The notes: a model not told the origin generated them from the letters alone. 64,000 nt of DNA from Thermoproteota archaeon (GCA_029258885.1 JAPDJW010000001.1:64001-128000); one strand, 5' to 3'. Shown: positions 33,896-43,376, counted from the first letter of the stretch. Program-made: numbers and translations.

Positions 33896-34402
33896 ATGCC
33901 ATTAAGGCCGGGACGATGCTATAGACACTTTGGAACACCACCTTATACTCGTAAGGAGTACATTAAAAGTATACCTCCAGTCATGATTCCAAAGTTTGAC
34001 CTAGGCAACTTGAAAGGAGATTTTCCGGTCATAGTAAAATTGGTATCCAAGGAGGCCGGTCAAATACGTATGAACGCAATCGAGGCGGCTAGGATAATAT
34101 CGCATAAATACTTGGCATCAAAGGTAGGTGAAAATAACTATCACTTAAGGATAAGCATCTATCCTCACCACATTTTAAGGGAGAATAAAATGATGGCAAT
34201 GGCAGGAGCCGATAGATTGCAGGATGGCATGAGAAAGGCTTTCGGCACTCCAATAGGCAGGGCTGCTAGGGTTAGGGCAAACCAAGTATTGATGTATGTT
34301 AGAACATACCCCCAAAATATTGATAAGGCTAAAGAGGCGCTACGTAGAGCATCATCAAAACTACCTATTCCATCAAGAATAGAAATAGAATATCCTTCCT
34401 AA
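33896..34402 (+). CDS. rpl10e: Ribosomal protein L10e/uL16
   Basis: RPGRCYR, EAAR, YPHHILRENKM...GADRLQDGMR.AFG. Confidence 0.96.
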   Translation: MPLRPGRCYRHFGTPPYTRKEYIKSIPPVMIPKFDLGNLKGDFPVIVKLVSKEAGQIRMNAIEAARIISHKYLASKVGENNYHLRISIYPHHILRENKMMAMAGADRLQDGMRKAFGTPIGRAARVRANQVLMYVRTYPQNIDKAKEALRRASSKLPIPSRIEIEYPS

Positions 34403-34444
34403 AATAATATGGTTGTTATTAGAAGTACCTAGGGATTTGGAAGG

Positions 34445-35158
34445 ATGATATCCGCCATACATAGAGATAGGGTTAATATTTGTACAAAGATATGGAGTAG
34501 CATAGTAAAAGGCGATATATCGAGCAGGAAAAAAGCTAGGAAAGTATTAGCTACAGAATATAAGAAAAACAGCATTGAACCACTAAGAGGTAGATCCAAG
34601 ATAGATCTGGCAGACAAAGAGCTAATAACGTTATATCTCGTAGGAAAGTACGGCCTAGGATTATATAAGGAATACCCACTCGTTTTTAAGAAAATATTCA
34701 GTAAAGAGATAGTATTCGAGGAGGTATTAAACAAAATATTAGAGCATCCTGAAAAGGCGGAGGAAATACTCAAGGAGACTTATGGCAACAAATTAAACGA
34801 AAACATAATTTTTAGAATAATTAGGCTATGTTTCACAGCAATTGTCCTAGGTTTTAGAAGCGAAGACGACTTAGTTAAACTGGTAAGTATCTTAAAGAAA
34901 GTTTTCCCGGAACTACGTAAAAGATTTCTTAGCTTCATAAAATTCTACGTTGCATTTAGGATAGCCGAAAGAATAGTGGGGGGCGAACTTAGGAATAGGA
35001 TAGAGAAAGAGGCACTAAAACACTCCTTATGTATAAAATTTGGAGAAGAAAAATGTGCTCCATCCGATGATTTCATAAGATACATAGCAAAGGAGGTACT
35101 AAAGGGCGAGGAATACAAAATCAATAGGGTTTTCAAAACTGAGATAAACGTGATTTAA
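34445..35158 (+). CDS. Conserved crenarchaeal hypothetical protein (DUF2192-like)
   Basis: P.RG....D..DKEL.TLY.VGKYGLGL; family from recollection. Confidence 0.6.
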   Translation: MISAIHRDRVNICTKIWSSIVKGDISSRKKARKVLATEYKKNSIEPLRGRSKIDLADKELITLYLVGKYGLGLYKEYPLVFKKIFSKEIVFEEVLNKILEHPEKAEEILKETYGNKLNENIIFRIIRLCFTAIVLGFRSEDDLVKLVSILKKVFPELRKRFLSFIKFYVAFRIAERIVGGELRNRIEKEALKHSLCIKFGEEKCAPSDDFIRYIAKEVLKGEEYKINRVFKTEINVI

Positions 35159-36207
35159 CGAGTAAGAATAACAATTCTAGGGTAAACGTCACCCTGTCTA
35201 ATTCTAAATTGATCTAGTACTGTAAACCCTAGATTTTCCGCTATATCCCTTATATTCTTCAACGATAATAGACAGGCTATACCTCCAGGAAATATTATGT
35301 TGCTCAATGCCTTAAGAAATCTTCTAAGGAACCTTTTCGACAATCTTATTCTAATACCGTAAGGTAGGTTTGAAATAATGTACCTAATTTTCACTCTAAA
35401 TAGTTTATCCATCAAAGTCGCATCGGAGACTATGAGATGCATCCTAGAGTATACGCCAGCCGCTAAAGCGTTCGTTTTCGCTCCGAGAACGTGCTTGAAG
35501 TTTATGTCTATTCCTATAAAATCGGATCCACATAGATCGTTAGCTGCTTCAATAAGTATAGTTCCGCTTCCACATAGAGGATCTAGAACTCTTTCTCCAT
35601 TCGATGGGTTTGCCAGAATAAACATGGAATATGCTATTATAGGATTAAGGGATGAAGGATGAATGTAAACTTTATATCCTCTATCCCTAAGCGAAACCTT
35701 GTATCCTGTAATATCTATGCATAGAAGAAAATGTTTCCGAGAAAATTCAGCATAGAAGGTTACGTCAGGATTATCTAAAATTACTGTGGGAGCAAAGCCA
35801 TAGTGTTTCTCCAAAATTTCAATAATTTTCTGACCCAGCAATCTAGCCAGCTCGCTTGAGGTTTGCTCCATTGTAGCTAGCTTATTAACTGAAACCCTAA
35901 AGCTCATAAATGGACTTATGTATTCGTGAAGCGGAATACTGCTTAAGCTAGAAATGAGTTCGTTAACATTACATGTTTCTTCGTTAAGGCGTACTTCATG
36001 GAGAATTAAATATATTTTTTCAACGGTTTTAACGTTGCGACACAATAAGTTAATAACGTTATCATCCTTTACACAACAAAAAACTCTGCCGCTCAGGCTG
36101 CTATAATGTACCTCCGTAATACTGTCTCCTAAGAGAGATCTGATCTCTCTAGCCACTATTTTCTCTAAACCCGGTACTGTAGTCAAAAGTAACTTAATCA
36201 CGAGCAT
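35155..36207 (-). CDS. THUMP-domain tRNA guanine-N2 methyltransferase (Trm14/Trm11 family)
   Basis: TTVPGLE, THUMP region, LDPLCGSGTILIEAA, NLPYG. Confidence 0.85.
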   Translation of the reverse strand: MLVIKLLLTTVPGLEKIVAREIRSLLGDSITEVHYSSLSGRVFCCVKDDNVINLLCRNVKTVEKIYLILHEVRLNEETCNVNELISSLSSIPLHEYISPFMSFRVSVNKLATMEQTSSELARLLGQKIIEILEKHYGFAPTVILDNPDVTFYAEFSRKHFLLCIDITGYKVSLRDRGYKVYIHPSSLNPIIAYSMFILANPSNGERVLDPLCGSGTILIEAANDLCGSDFIGIDINFKHVLGAKTNALAAGVYSRMHLIVSDATLMDKLFRVKIRYIISNLPYGIRIRLSKRFLRRFLKALSNIIFPGGIACLLSLKNIRDIAENLGFTVLDQFRIRQGDVYPRIVILTR

Positions 36208-36595
36208 ATATGTAACTTAGAACCTTTAAAAAATGTTCATTAACAAATACTAAAATTTCCTCATTGCTCACGCTCTGAAAGTTATGGATCAGTATGCATG
36301 CAAATAAACCTGCTAGAACCCTTTGAAAATTCACATTGTCCATTGAAGCCTTCTCGATAACCATCAACCTATAGTCATCCATGTTTATATGAACTCCTTC
36401 AAAGACGTTAAGCCAATTATCATTACCCCTAAAATATTCATGAAAAGAGATTATAACCTCCTCCGGGAGAGAGAGACCACGTTTTAAGGCAAATGATGAA
36501 ACATAACGGGCTATCCTGCTAACCTCTTCCTTAAATACTTCGGATACATTACCTAAGATAGATAACATGATGTTCATTCCTAGTTTAGTTACCAA
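36194..36595 (-). CDS. Hypothetical protein
   Basis: 133-aa ORF overlapping the downstream methyltransferase start. Confidence 0.55.
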   Translation of the reverse strand: MVTKLGMNIMLSILGNVSEVFKEEVSRIARYVSSFALKRGLSLPEEVIISFHEYFRGNDNWLNVFEGVHINMDDYRLMVIEKASMDNVNFQRVLAGLFACILIHNFQSVSNEEILVFVNEHFLKVLSYIYARD

Positions 36596-36663
36596 AGATC
36601 ATTATTAAATCCATTTCTCTTCAGCCATAAAGCTTTTAAATCCTCGTAGTACTAAATAATCGA

Positions 36664-36755
36664 GGGGCCGTAGCCCAGCAAGGCGACAAGCCCTGGAAAG
36701 GTAGGGCGTCCGGCTCCAGACCGGAAGGTCGGGGGTTCAAATCCCTCCGGCCCCA
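36664..36755 (+). tRNA. tRNA-Trp(CCA) with an 18-nt D-loop intron (36681-36698, position 17/17a)
   Basis: TCCGG-CT CCA GA-CCGGA; BHB with central CCAG/CTGG and bulges CA|A and AA|A. Confidence 0.92.
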
Positions 36756-36771
36756 CCTTCTCGAAACAAAG

Positions 36772-36845
36772 GCCCCGGTGGCCTAGGCTGGTAGGGCACC
36801 TGCTTGGTAAGCAGGGGGTCGCGGGTTCGAGTCCCGCCCGGGGCT
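36772..36845 (+). tRNA. tRNA-Thr(GGT), 16 nt after tRNA-Trp
   Basis: GCCCCGG/CCGGGGC, CCTGC-TT GGT AA-GCAGG. Confidence 0.96.
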
Positions 36846-37196
36846 TCTATATTGTACAAAGGATCGTGAGAACAGGCGCTAAAGTACCCCATAATATTCA
36901 AAGATAAATGCAGACAGTCACTGATTTAGAAAGGCTAGATAAACAGGGAAAAAGATAACTCGATTTATTTTTCCGAGAAAAATATAACTTAAGAGTATAC
37001 CATTATGTGAACAACCGAATTAATATATAAATGGGATTTATCATTTTTAGATGATGATGAATTTCGGCAAATAGGCGCTTTTCGAAGAGTTTACGGCCTT
37101 AAATATTTTAGCCCCTCTTTTTCTGCTTTTGTTTGTTGTTTCGCGTTAAACTATAACCAACTATATTTATACCTAATAATATTATGTGAGCAAGGC

Positions 37197-37286
37197 ATGA
37201 TATTAATTCCGTTAACATTCAAGATGTATAAAAGAGCTGTTAAAACAGCCGAAAGAGAAGGATTGAAATACTTGATGCCAGTGTAA
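37197..37286 (+). CDS. Possible 29-aa small protein or gene remnant (MILIPLTFKMYKRAVKTAEREGLKYLMPV)
   Basis: Synonymously diverged inverted copy at 37091-37129; see findings. Confidence 0.3.
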   Translation: MILIPLTFKMYKRAVKTAEREGLKYLMPV

Positions 37287-37426
37287 TAATTTTCTCACTC
37301 AAGCAGACTTAGAGATTGCCTTACTACTTCCTTACAAAAGGTCACTTGGAAGATGTTGCTTTAGAATTATTTTCCTTTATGCCCTTTGATCTTTTGTTAT
37401 ATGGTGTCTCATTTACCAACGATATT

Positions 37427-37747
37427 TTATTGTTTCTTTTTATAGGGATACCTCATGTATCGCTTACATTTAAAACAGTATATAACTACATGCGGTTCTC
37501 TCTTCTGTCTTAACCTAACTCTACAGTTAAAGCCCGGAATTAATAATTGTTTGCAATGCTTACATATCCTCCTTTTTAATTCTTTTGGAATTCTAACGTT
37601 TGTTCTCCTGGAAATTCTTAAGGCTATATCTATGTACCTTTGCCCCAGCTCTCTATTTTCCCTATATATTTTCTCCGCCATCGAAAATAGAATTTCTATT
37701 CTCTGCCTCGCTATATCTCTAATAAATTTTCTTCTCCTCTCTTTCAA
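37427..37747 (-). CDS. rnp4: RNase P protein component 4 (Rpp21)
   Basis: IA..RI..LF..A, RY...A..IS.R...RIP..LKRRICK.C...L.PG...C..C. Confidence 0.93.
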   Translation of the reverse strand: MKERRRKFIRDIARQRIEILFSMAEKIYRENRELGQRYIDIALRISRRTNVRIPKELKRRICKHCKQLLIPGFNCRVRLRQKREPHVVIYCFKCKRYMRYPYKKKQ

Positions 37748-37828
37748 GCCATCTCCCTACTATTCTGGTACTCGTCTAAGAGAAAGTTTTAAATAACGTT
37801 CTCATAAATTTTCGCAGGGGGTCTTATA

Positions 37829-40309
37829 ATGTCTGTCCCTAGGGAAAAGAGGCTAGTCTTATGGTTTGAGGAATTAAGTAAGGATGATGTACCATTAGTT
37901 GGAGGTAAGAATGCAAATCTCGGCGAAATGATTAACGCCGGAATACCGGTACCACCGGGTTTCGCCGTAACAGCTTATGCATACAAACGATTTATAGAGG
38001 AAACAGGCATTAAGGATAAGATCTATGAGATTCTAAGAGAGGAGATAAAGGAGGGAAAGCCTGAAGAATATCAAAATGCCAGCAAGAAAATTAGGGAGCT
38101 AATTGAAAACACGAAGATTCCCGAGGATATCGAGAATGCCATTAGGGAAGCGTATAGGGAGCTGTGTAAGAGAGTTGGAAAAGATGAGGAATTCGTGGCT
38201 GTAAGAAGCAGTGCTACGGCCGAGGACCTTCCAGGCGCAAGCTTCGCTGGTCAACAGGAAACATACCTAAACGTAAAGGGAGAAGACGAGGTCGTTAAAA
38301 AAGTACTTAAGTGCTGGTCGAGCCTCTTTACTCCCAGAGCAATATTTTACAGGGAAGAGAAAGGCTTCAAGCATGAAAAGGTCCTTATAAGCGTAGCTGT
38401 CCAGAAGATGGTTAATGCTAAGGCAGCTGGAGTAATGTTCACGATACATCCAGTAACTGGCGATCGTGACAAAATATTGATTGAAGGAAATTGGGGTCTA
38501 GGAGAAGCTGTAGTAAGTGGATCTGTTACACCGGACGAGTGGGTCGTTGACAAGAATACCCTTGAAATATTAGAGAGAAGAATAGTCGAGAAAACCGTTG
38601 AATACATAAGAGATCCTGTCACAGGCAGGACTATTCATGCAGAAGTCCCTCCGGAAAGGAGGAAAGTTCCGTGTCTAACAGATGAGGAAGTTAAAAAGCT
38701 AGCAGAGCTTGCCAAGAAAATAGAGGAACATTATAAGCATCCACAGGATATAGAATGGGCCATTGATAGAGATCTGCCTTTTCCAGAAAATGTTTTCATC
38801 GTACAATCTCGACCGGAAACTGTATGGAGCGTTAAGAAACCCGAGAAGGCGGAGGAGGTTGAGGTTAAGGTTACTGAGGAAAAGAAGGTCGTTGTAAGGG
38901 GTCTGCCGGCTAGCCCAGGCATAGCTTGGGGTAAAGCAAAGGTAGCATTCTCTCCCGAAGAGGCAGCTAAGATAATGGAGGAGGGAGATATCCTGGTTAC
39001 CGTGATGACCAATCCAGACTGGGTACCATACATGAGGATTGCCTCAGCTATAATTACAGATGAAGGCGGTATGACCTGCCACGCAGCTATTGTCAGTAGA
39101 GAACTAGGTATACCAGCAATAGTTGGAACAAGAGAAGCCACTAAAGTCATGAAAACGGGCGAAACATACACTGTCGATGCAAAGACTGGAGTAGTATACG
39201 AGGGTCTCGTAGAAGAACTTGTAAAGGTCAAGGAAGAGAAGGCTAAGCCTACACTTGAAGGCTTACCACCTATAGAACTCGTAATCAAGCCACCAACAGG
39301 AACAAAAATCTACATGAACCTAGGAGTACCGGAGAAAATAACCGAATATAAGGATCTACCTTTCGATGGAATAGGCTTAATGAGGATAGAGTTCATACTG
39401 GCAAGCTACATAGGAGAACACCCACTATATCTGCTTGAAATAGGCCAGGGAAAGAAGTTTGTCGACAAGCTAGCTGATGGAATAGCTATGGTTGCCAGAG
39501 AGATCTATCCGAGACCTGTTGTCGTTAGATTGAGCGACTTCAAGACGAATGAGTATAGGCAGTTGAAAGGAGGAGAAAAGTACGAGCCACACGAAGATAA
39601 TCCAATGATCGGATGGAGAGGAGTAAGCAGATACATAAGTCCACAATACGAGAAAGCCTTCAGGCTAGAAGCTAAAGCAATACTTAAAGTTAGGGAGGAA
39701 TACGGCCTTACTAACGTATGGGTGATGGCGCCCTTCGTAAGAACTCTATGGGAAGCTGAGAAATTCATCAAGCTCCTTACAGAGGAAGGCTTAGAAAGCG
39801 GAAGAGACTTCAAGATATGGGCAATGGCAGAAGTTCCCAGCGTAATATTCCTTGCGGATGAATTCAGTAAATATTTCGATGGATTTAGCATTGGATCCAA
39901 TGACCTAACACAATTAACGTTAGGAACCGACAGGGATTCTGCCATTCTTCCTAAGATAGATAAGAGATATTTCGATGAGAGAGATCCTGCAGTAAAGAGG
40001 GCAATAGCGATACTTATAGAGAAAGCACATAACAACCCCTACAAGTACTGTACAGTATCGATATGTGGGCAAGCTCCATCAGTATATCCGGAATTCGCAG
40101 CATTCCTTGTTAGACAAGGAATAGATAGCATCAGTGTAAATCCAGACGTAGTGGTACGGACAAGACACCTAGTAGCGGCAGTAGAAAGAAGAATATTGCT
40201 CGAGAAAGCTCTAGGCGTAGAACACTACGACGAAGACCTAGGATGGGTACTCGAGCTCAAAAGCAAGAAGACAACCAAGTTTAAACCGCGTAGAATAGAC
40301 GAAATATAG
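37829..40309 (+). CDS. ppsA: Phosphoenolpyruvate synthase
   Basis: VGGK.ANLGEM, VAVRSSATAED, GG.TCHAAIVSRELG, EDNPMIGWRG, FSIGSNDLTQ. Confidence 0.96.
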   Translation: MSVPREKRLVLWFEELSKDDVPLVGGKNANLGEMINAGIPVPPGFAVTAYAYKRFIEETGIKDKIYEILREEIKEGKPEEYQNASKKIRELIENTKIPEDIENAIREAYRELCKRVGKDEEFVAVRSSATAEDLPGASFAGQQETYLNVKGEDEVVKKVLKCWSSLFTPRAIFYREEKGFKHEKVLISVAVQKMVNAKAAGVMFTIHPVTGDRDKILIEGNWGLGEAVVSGSVTPDEWVVDKNTLEILERRIVEKTVEYIRDPVTGRTIHAEVPPERRKVPCLTDEEVKKLAELAKKIEEHYKHPQDIEWAIDRDLPFPENVFIVQSRPETVWSVKKPEKAEEVEVKVTEEKKVVVRGLPASPGIAWGKAKVAFSPEEAAKIMEEGDILVTVMTNPDWVPYMRIASAIITDEGGMTCHAAIVSRELGIPAIVGTREATKVMKTGETYTVDAKTGVVYEGLVEELVKVKEEKAKPTLEGLPPIELVIKPPTGTKIYMNLGVPEKITEYKDLPFDGIGLMRIEFILASYIGEHPLYLLEIGQGKKFVDKLADGIAMVAREIYPRPVVVRLSDFKTNEYRQLKGGEKYEPHEDNPMIGWRGVSRYISPQYEKAFRLEAKAILKVREEYGLTNVWVMAPFVRTLWEAEKFIKLLTEEGLESGRDFKIWAMAEVPSVIFLADEFSKYFDGFSIGSNDLTQLTLGTDRDSAILPKIDKRYFDERDPAVKRAIAILIEKAHNNPYKYCTVSICGQAPSVYPEFAAFLVRQGIDSISVNPDVVVRTRHLVAAVERRILLEKALGVEHYDEDLGWVLELKSKKTTKFKPRRIDEI

Positions 40310-40418
40310 AAGGCTATTTTTGGATTTCATTTTCATGAATTATTTTTGAACTGTTTTTCTGCCCGGTTTCATAGATAAATTTATATCTTTTAGTGATACT
40401 AATGAGCGGGGTGATCCT

Positions 40419-40598
40419 TTGGCTTCAAGTATTACCGTGCCCATATGTTCATCGTGCGGCAGACCTATCCCACCACATGAGAGAGGCGTAAAATTTAGAT
40501 GTCCAAACTGCGGCGGCACCATTATATGGAGATGCAGTAAGTGCAGAAAACTAGTTAATAAATACATGTGTCCTAAATGTGGTTTTGTAGGGCCTTGA
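40419..40598 (+). CDS. Small Zn-ribbon protein, DUF1610 type (not in the ORF track, 59 aa)
   Basis: TTG start; CSSCG...FRCPNCG...WRCSKCR...YMCPKCGFVGP; canonical position before EF-1beta. Confidence 0.88.
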   Translation: MASSITVPICSSCGRPIPPHERGVKFRCPNCGGTIIWRCSKCRKLVNKYMCPKCGFVGP

Positions 40599-40604
40599 GG
40601 GAAG

Positions 40605-40886
40605 GTGGATAAGATGGCTAGATTAATAGTTACCGTAAAAATTATGCCGAGCGATATAAACGTTAACTTAAAGGACGTCTATGAGCAATTAAAGTCTACC
40701 CTTCCTAAGGAATATTCAGTGTTAAACTACGAAATAGTGCCGATAGCCTTCGGTCTAAAATCACTGCTAGTAAATATTTCGATGCCTGAGGAGAAAGAGG
40801 GAGGAACAAGCGAGTTAGAAGACATAATTTCCAATATGGATAACGTGCAAAGCGTAGAAGTACTTAGAGTATCTAGAACCTTCTAA
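40605..40886 (+). CDS. ef1b: Elongation factor 1-beta
   Basis: K.MP...VNL, PIAFGLK.L, EGGT..LE. Confidence 0.93.
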   Translation: MDKMARLIVTVKIMPSDINVNLKDVYEQLKSTLPKEYSVLNYEIVPIAFGLKSLLVNISMPEEKEGGTSELEDIISNMDNVQSVEVLRVSRTF

Positions 40887-41042
40887 TTTTCTTCACGTCA
40901 TATTCAGCGTTTGCACCCTACATCATCCTAAAATCAGTCGAATAATAGTTAATTTTACCAATATTTATACCTATACTTTAGATACGTTTCATAACGGGGG
41001 ATGGAGAAGTTATTAAGGAAGTAAGCATAAAATACCGAGGGG

Positions 41043-41951
41043 ATGCTAATGCAGGTTGTCGGCGGTCCTGCTGCCAATGGTCTCGATGAAAAGATAGCTA
41101 AGCTACTAGGACTTAGAAAGGTAAATATAAAACATAAAGTCTTTCCGGACGGTGAGTCCTACATTAGAATTCTCGATAACCTAGAGGATGAAGTAATACT
41201 TGTACAATCCTTCTATCCTCCACAAGATAAGCACATAATAGAATTCTTGCTCTTGGCGGATACTTTGAGGGACCTAGGTGTCAAAAATATTATTGGTGTA
41301 GTACCCTATCTTGCATATTCAAGGCAGGATAAAAGGTTTTTAAGCGGTGAAGCTATCAGTATTAAAACTATTTTAAGACTAATTGAATCCGTGGGAGTTA
41401 ATATTTTTATAACTGTAGACATACATAAAGAGGCCAGTCTCTCATTCATGAATATACCAGCATATAATTTGAATCCCGTGGAAATTATTGCTAAATACCT
41501 TATTGAAAACTTTAGCTTCAATAATCCGCTGGTGCTTTCCCCGGACAAGGGTGGACTCAAAAGGGCTGGCGAGTTAGCTAAGCTATTATCGACTGACTAT
41601 GATTACATCGAAAAATCTAGAGATAGAATTACTGGAGAAGTAACGGCAAAGCCTAAAACCCTAGAAGCTAAGGGAAGGGATGTAATTATAATCGATGATA
41701 TAATAAGCACTGGTGGGACAATAGCTCTTGCAACAAGATGCGTTAAAAGTCATGGAGCCAGAAAAGTATATGTAGTATGTACTCATGCCTTGCTTATTGG
41801 CGATGCAGCTAAGAAAATATTTAACTCTGGCGTCGATGTACTGCTTGCAACGGATACTGTCCCATCTCCATATTCGAAGATCTCTGTAGCACCTGTTATC
41901 ATAAATATGATAAAAACCATACTTGGTGAAAAAATACGGGAGTCTGGCTAA
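41043..41951 (+). CDS. prs: Ribose-phosphate pyrophosphokinase
   Basis: FPDGESY.R, PY.AYSRQDK, SPDKGG..RA, DDIISTGGT. Confidence 0.95.
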   Translation: MLMQVVGGPAANGLDEKIAKLLGLRKVNIKHKVFPDGESYIRILDNLEDEVILVQSFYPPQDKHIIEFLLLADTLRDLGVKNIIGVVPYLAYSRQDKRFLSGEAISIKTILRLIESVGVNIFITVDIHKEASLSFMNIPAYNLNPVEIIAKYLIENFSFNNPLVLSPDKGGLKRAGELAKLLSTDYDYIEKSRDRITGEVTAKPKTLEAKGRDVIIIDDIISTGGTIALATRCVKSHGARKVYVVCTHALLIGDAAKKIFNSGVDVLLATDTVPSPYSKISVAPVIINMIKTILGEKIRESG

Positions 41952-42961
41952 CACCAATAATCCCACGAAAGAAAGTAAGGTTAAAATTTTTAAGCAATAA
42001 AATCCTGGCTATAGATGCATACAATACATTATACCAGTTCCTAGCGTTAATTAGAACCCCTCTAGGCGAGCTATTTAGAGATGAAAAAGGGAGAATTACA
42101 TCTCACCTAATAGGCCTTGTATATAGGACAATAAGGCTAATATGTGATTATAATATAATTCCAGTTTTCGTCTTCGATGGAAAGCCGCATCCATTGAAAA
42201 TAAGGGAGCTAAAGAAGAGACAGGAAGCTAGGAAAAAAGCGTATGAAGAATGGAGGAAGCTTCTTGCTGAAGGTAGATATAGAGAGGCGTTTTCTAAGGC
42301 TGTTGTATCAGGTCGTTTAACAACCGATATGGTTAATGATGCTAAGGTTTTGCTTGATTTGCTTGGTGTGCCTTGGGTTCAGGCGCCTTCTGAGGGTGAG
42401 GCTCAAGCTGCATATATGGCTTTAAAGGGCGATGTATGGGCAACAGCAAGCCAAGACTACGACTCCCTACTCTACGGAACACCAAGACTTGTGAGGTATG
42501 TTACGTTGACTGGTTTCGAGTACCTACCAAGCAAAAGAATGGTGAAAAAATTAGTTCCCGAACTTATAGAGCTAGAAGTTTTACTGGAGCATCTTTCTTT
42601 GACGAGAGAACAGTTGATAGATGTAGCTATATTAGTAGGGACAGACTATAATGAGGGGGTAAAAGGCATTGGACCTAAAAAAGCGTTAAAACTCATTAAA
42701 AAATATAAAAAGATAGAAAATTTACCTTATAAAATATTAAGCGAGGTATGTAGTAATTACGATGAGATTAGGAAAATATTCCTGAACCCTGAAGTAACAG
42801 ATGATTACATTATTTGTCTAAGAAAGCCGGATATCGATGGACTCATAGAGTTCCTATGCGATGAGAGGGGCTTTTCTAAGCGCAGGGTTAAGGTGGCAAT
42901 AGATAGGTTAAATAAAGCTACTTCTATGTATAGGGGAAAACAATTAACTTTATCCTTCTAG
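41936..42961 (+). CDS. Second flap endonuclease 1 paralogue; full length only if translation starts at ACG 41936
   Basis: Frame is open from ACG-GGA-GTC ((M)GV) through IDAYN.LYQFL, TSHL.G, FVFDG, EGEAQ, SQDYD, GTDY; in-frame TGA at 41927; GGTGA RBS 7 nt upstream. Confidence 0.85.
   Translation, partial: TGVWLTPIIPRKKVRLKFLSNKILAIDAYNTLYQFLALIRTPLGELFRDEKGRITSHLIGLVYRTIRLICDYNIIPVFVFDGKPHPLKIRELKKRQEARKKAYEEWRKLLAEGRYREAFSKAVVSGRLTTDMVNDAKVLLDLLGVPWVQAPSEGEAQAAYMALKGDVWATASQDYDSLLYGTPRLVRYVTLTGFEYLPSKRMVKKLVPELIELEVLLEHLSLTREQLIDVAILVGTDYNEGVKGIGPKKALKLIKKYKKIENLPYKILSEVCSNYDEIRKIFLNPEVTDDYIICLRKPDIDGLIEFLCDERGFSKRRVKVAIDRLNKATSMYRGKQLTLSF
42329..42492 (+). repeat. 164-bp exact repeat, copy 1 (copy 2 at 57588-57751), inside the two FEN1 genes
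   Basis: Base-by-base identity from ATGGTTAATGATGCT to CCAAGACTTGT. Confidence 0.95.
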
Positions 42962-42979
42962 TAGTATATTATTCAGAAG

Positions 42980-43372
42980 ATGGTGAATAATTTGGGGGAA
43001 GGAGTTAATGTGAATATGAGCAGTGAAAAAGTAATAAAGAAAATGGCAAATTTGCTTAGGGCTGGGGCTACTCTTCTAAGTTATTCATGTCCTATATGTA
43101 AATCTCCATTGTTTAGGCTTAAAAGCGGAGAAGTAATATGTCCAAAATGTGGAAAAAGAGTATTTATCGTAAAGGATGAAATGGAGGAAAGGAAGGTTTA
43201 CTTAGGTTTAATGCTAAAGAATCTCGAGGAGACAATTCTTTCAAAAGTCAATGAGATTAACCTAATAATAAGTAAAAGGAATGTAGATGAGATAGACGAC
43301 TATGTGAAGTTACTCATCGATTTACTTGAAGTTCTCGAAAGAGTAACCAAATTATCTGAAAGAATTAGGTGA
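42980..43372 (+). CDS. UPF0148 / SSSCA1-like Zn-ribbon protein
   Basis: KMA.LL..GATLL...CP.C..PLF.L..GEV.CP.C. Confidence 0.8.
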   Translation: MVNNLGEGVNVNMSSEKVIKKMANLLRAGATLLSYSCPICKSPLFRLKSGEVICPKCGKRVFIVKDEMEERKVYLGLMLKNLEETILSKVNEINLIISKRNVDEIDDYVKLLIDLLEVLERVTKLSERIR

Positions 43373-43376
43373 ATAA

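Noticed and set aside
37050-37100. ATGATGA C-box-like motif in the gap after tRNA-Thr
   Set aside because: No correctly spaced CTGA D/D' boxes and no rRNA target found.
40880-40940. C/D-box-like motifs on the minus strand (CTGA, ATGATG, CTGA, TGAAGA) downstream of ef1b
   Set aside because: Box order is not canonical and I found no complement to the putative guide (AGGGTGCAAACG) in the rRNAs or tRNAs here.
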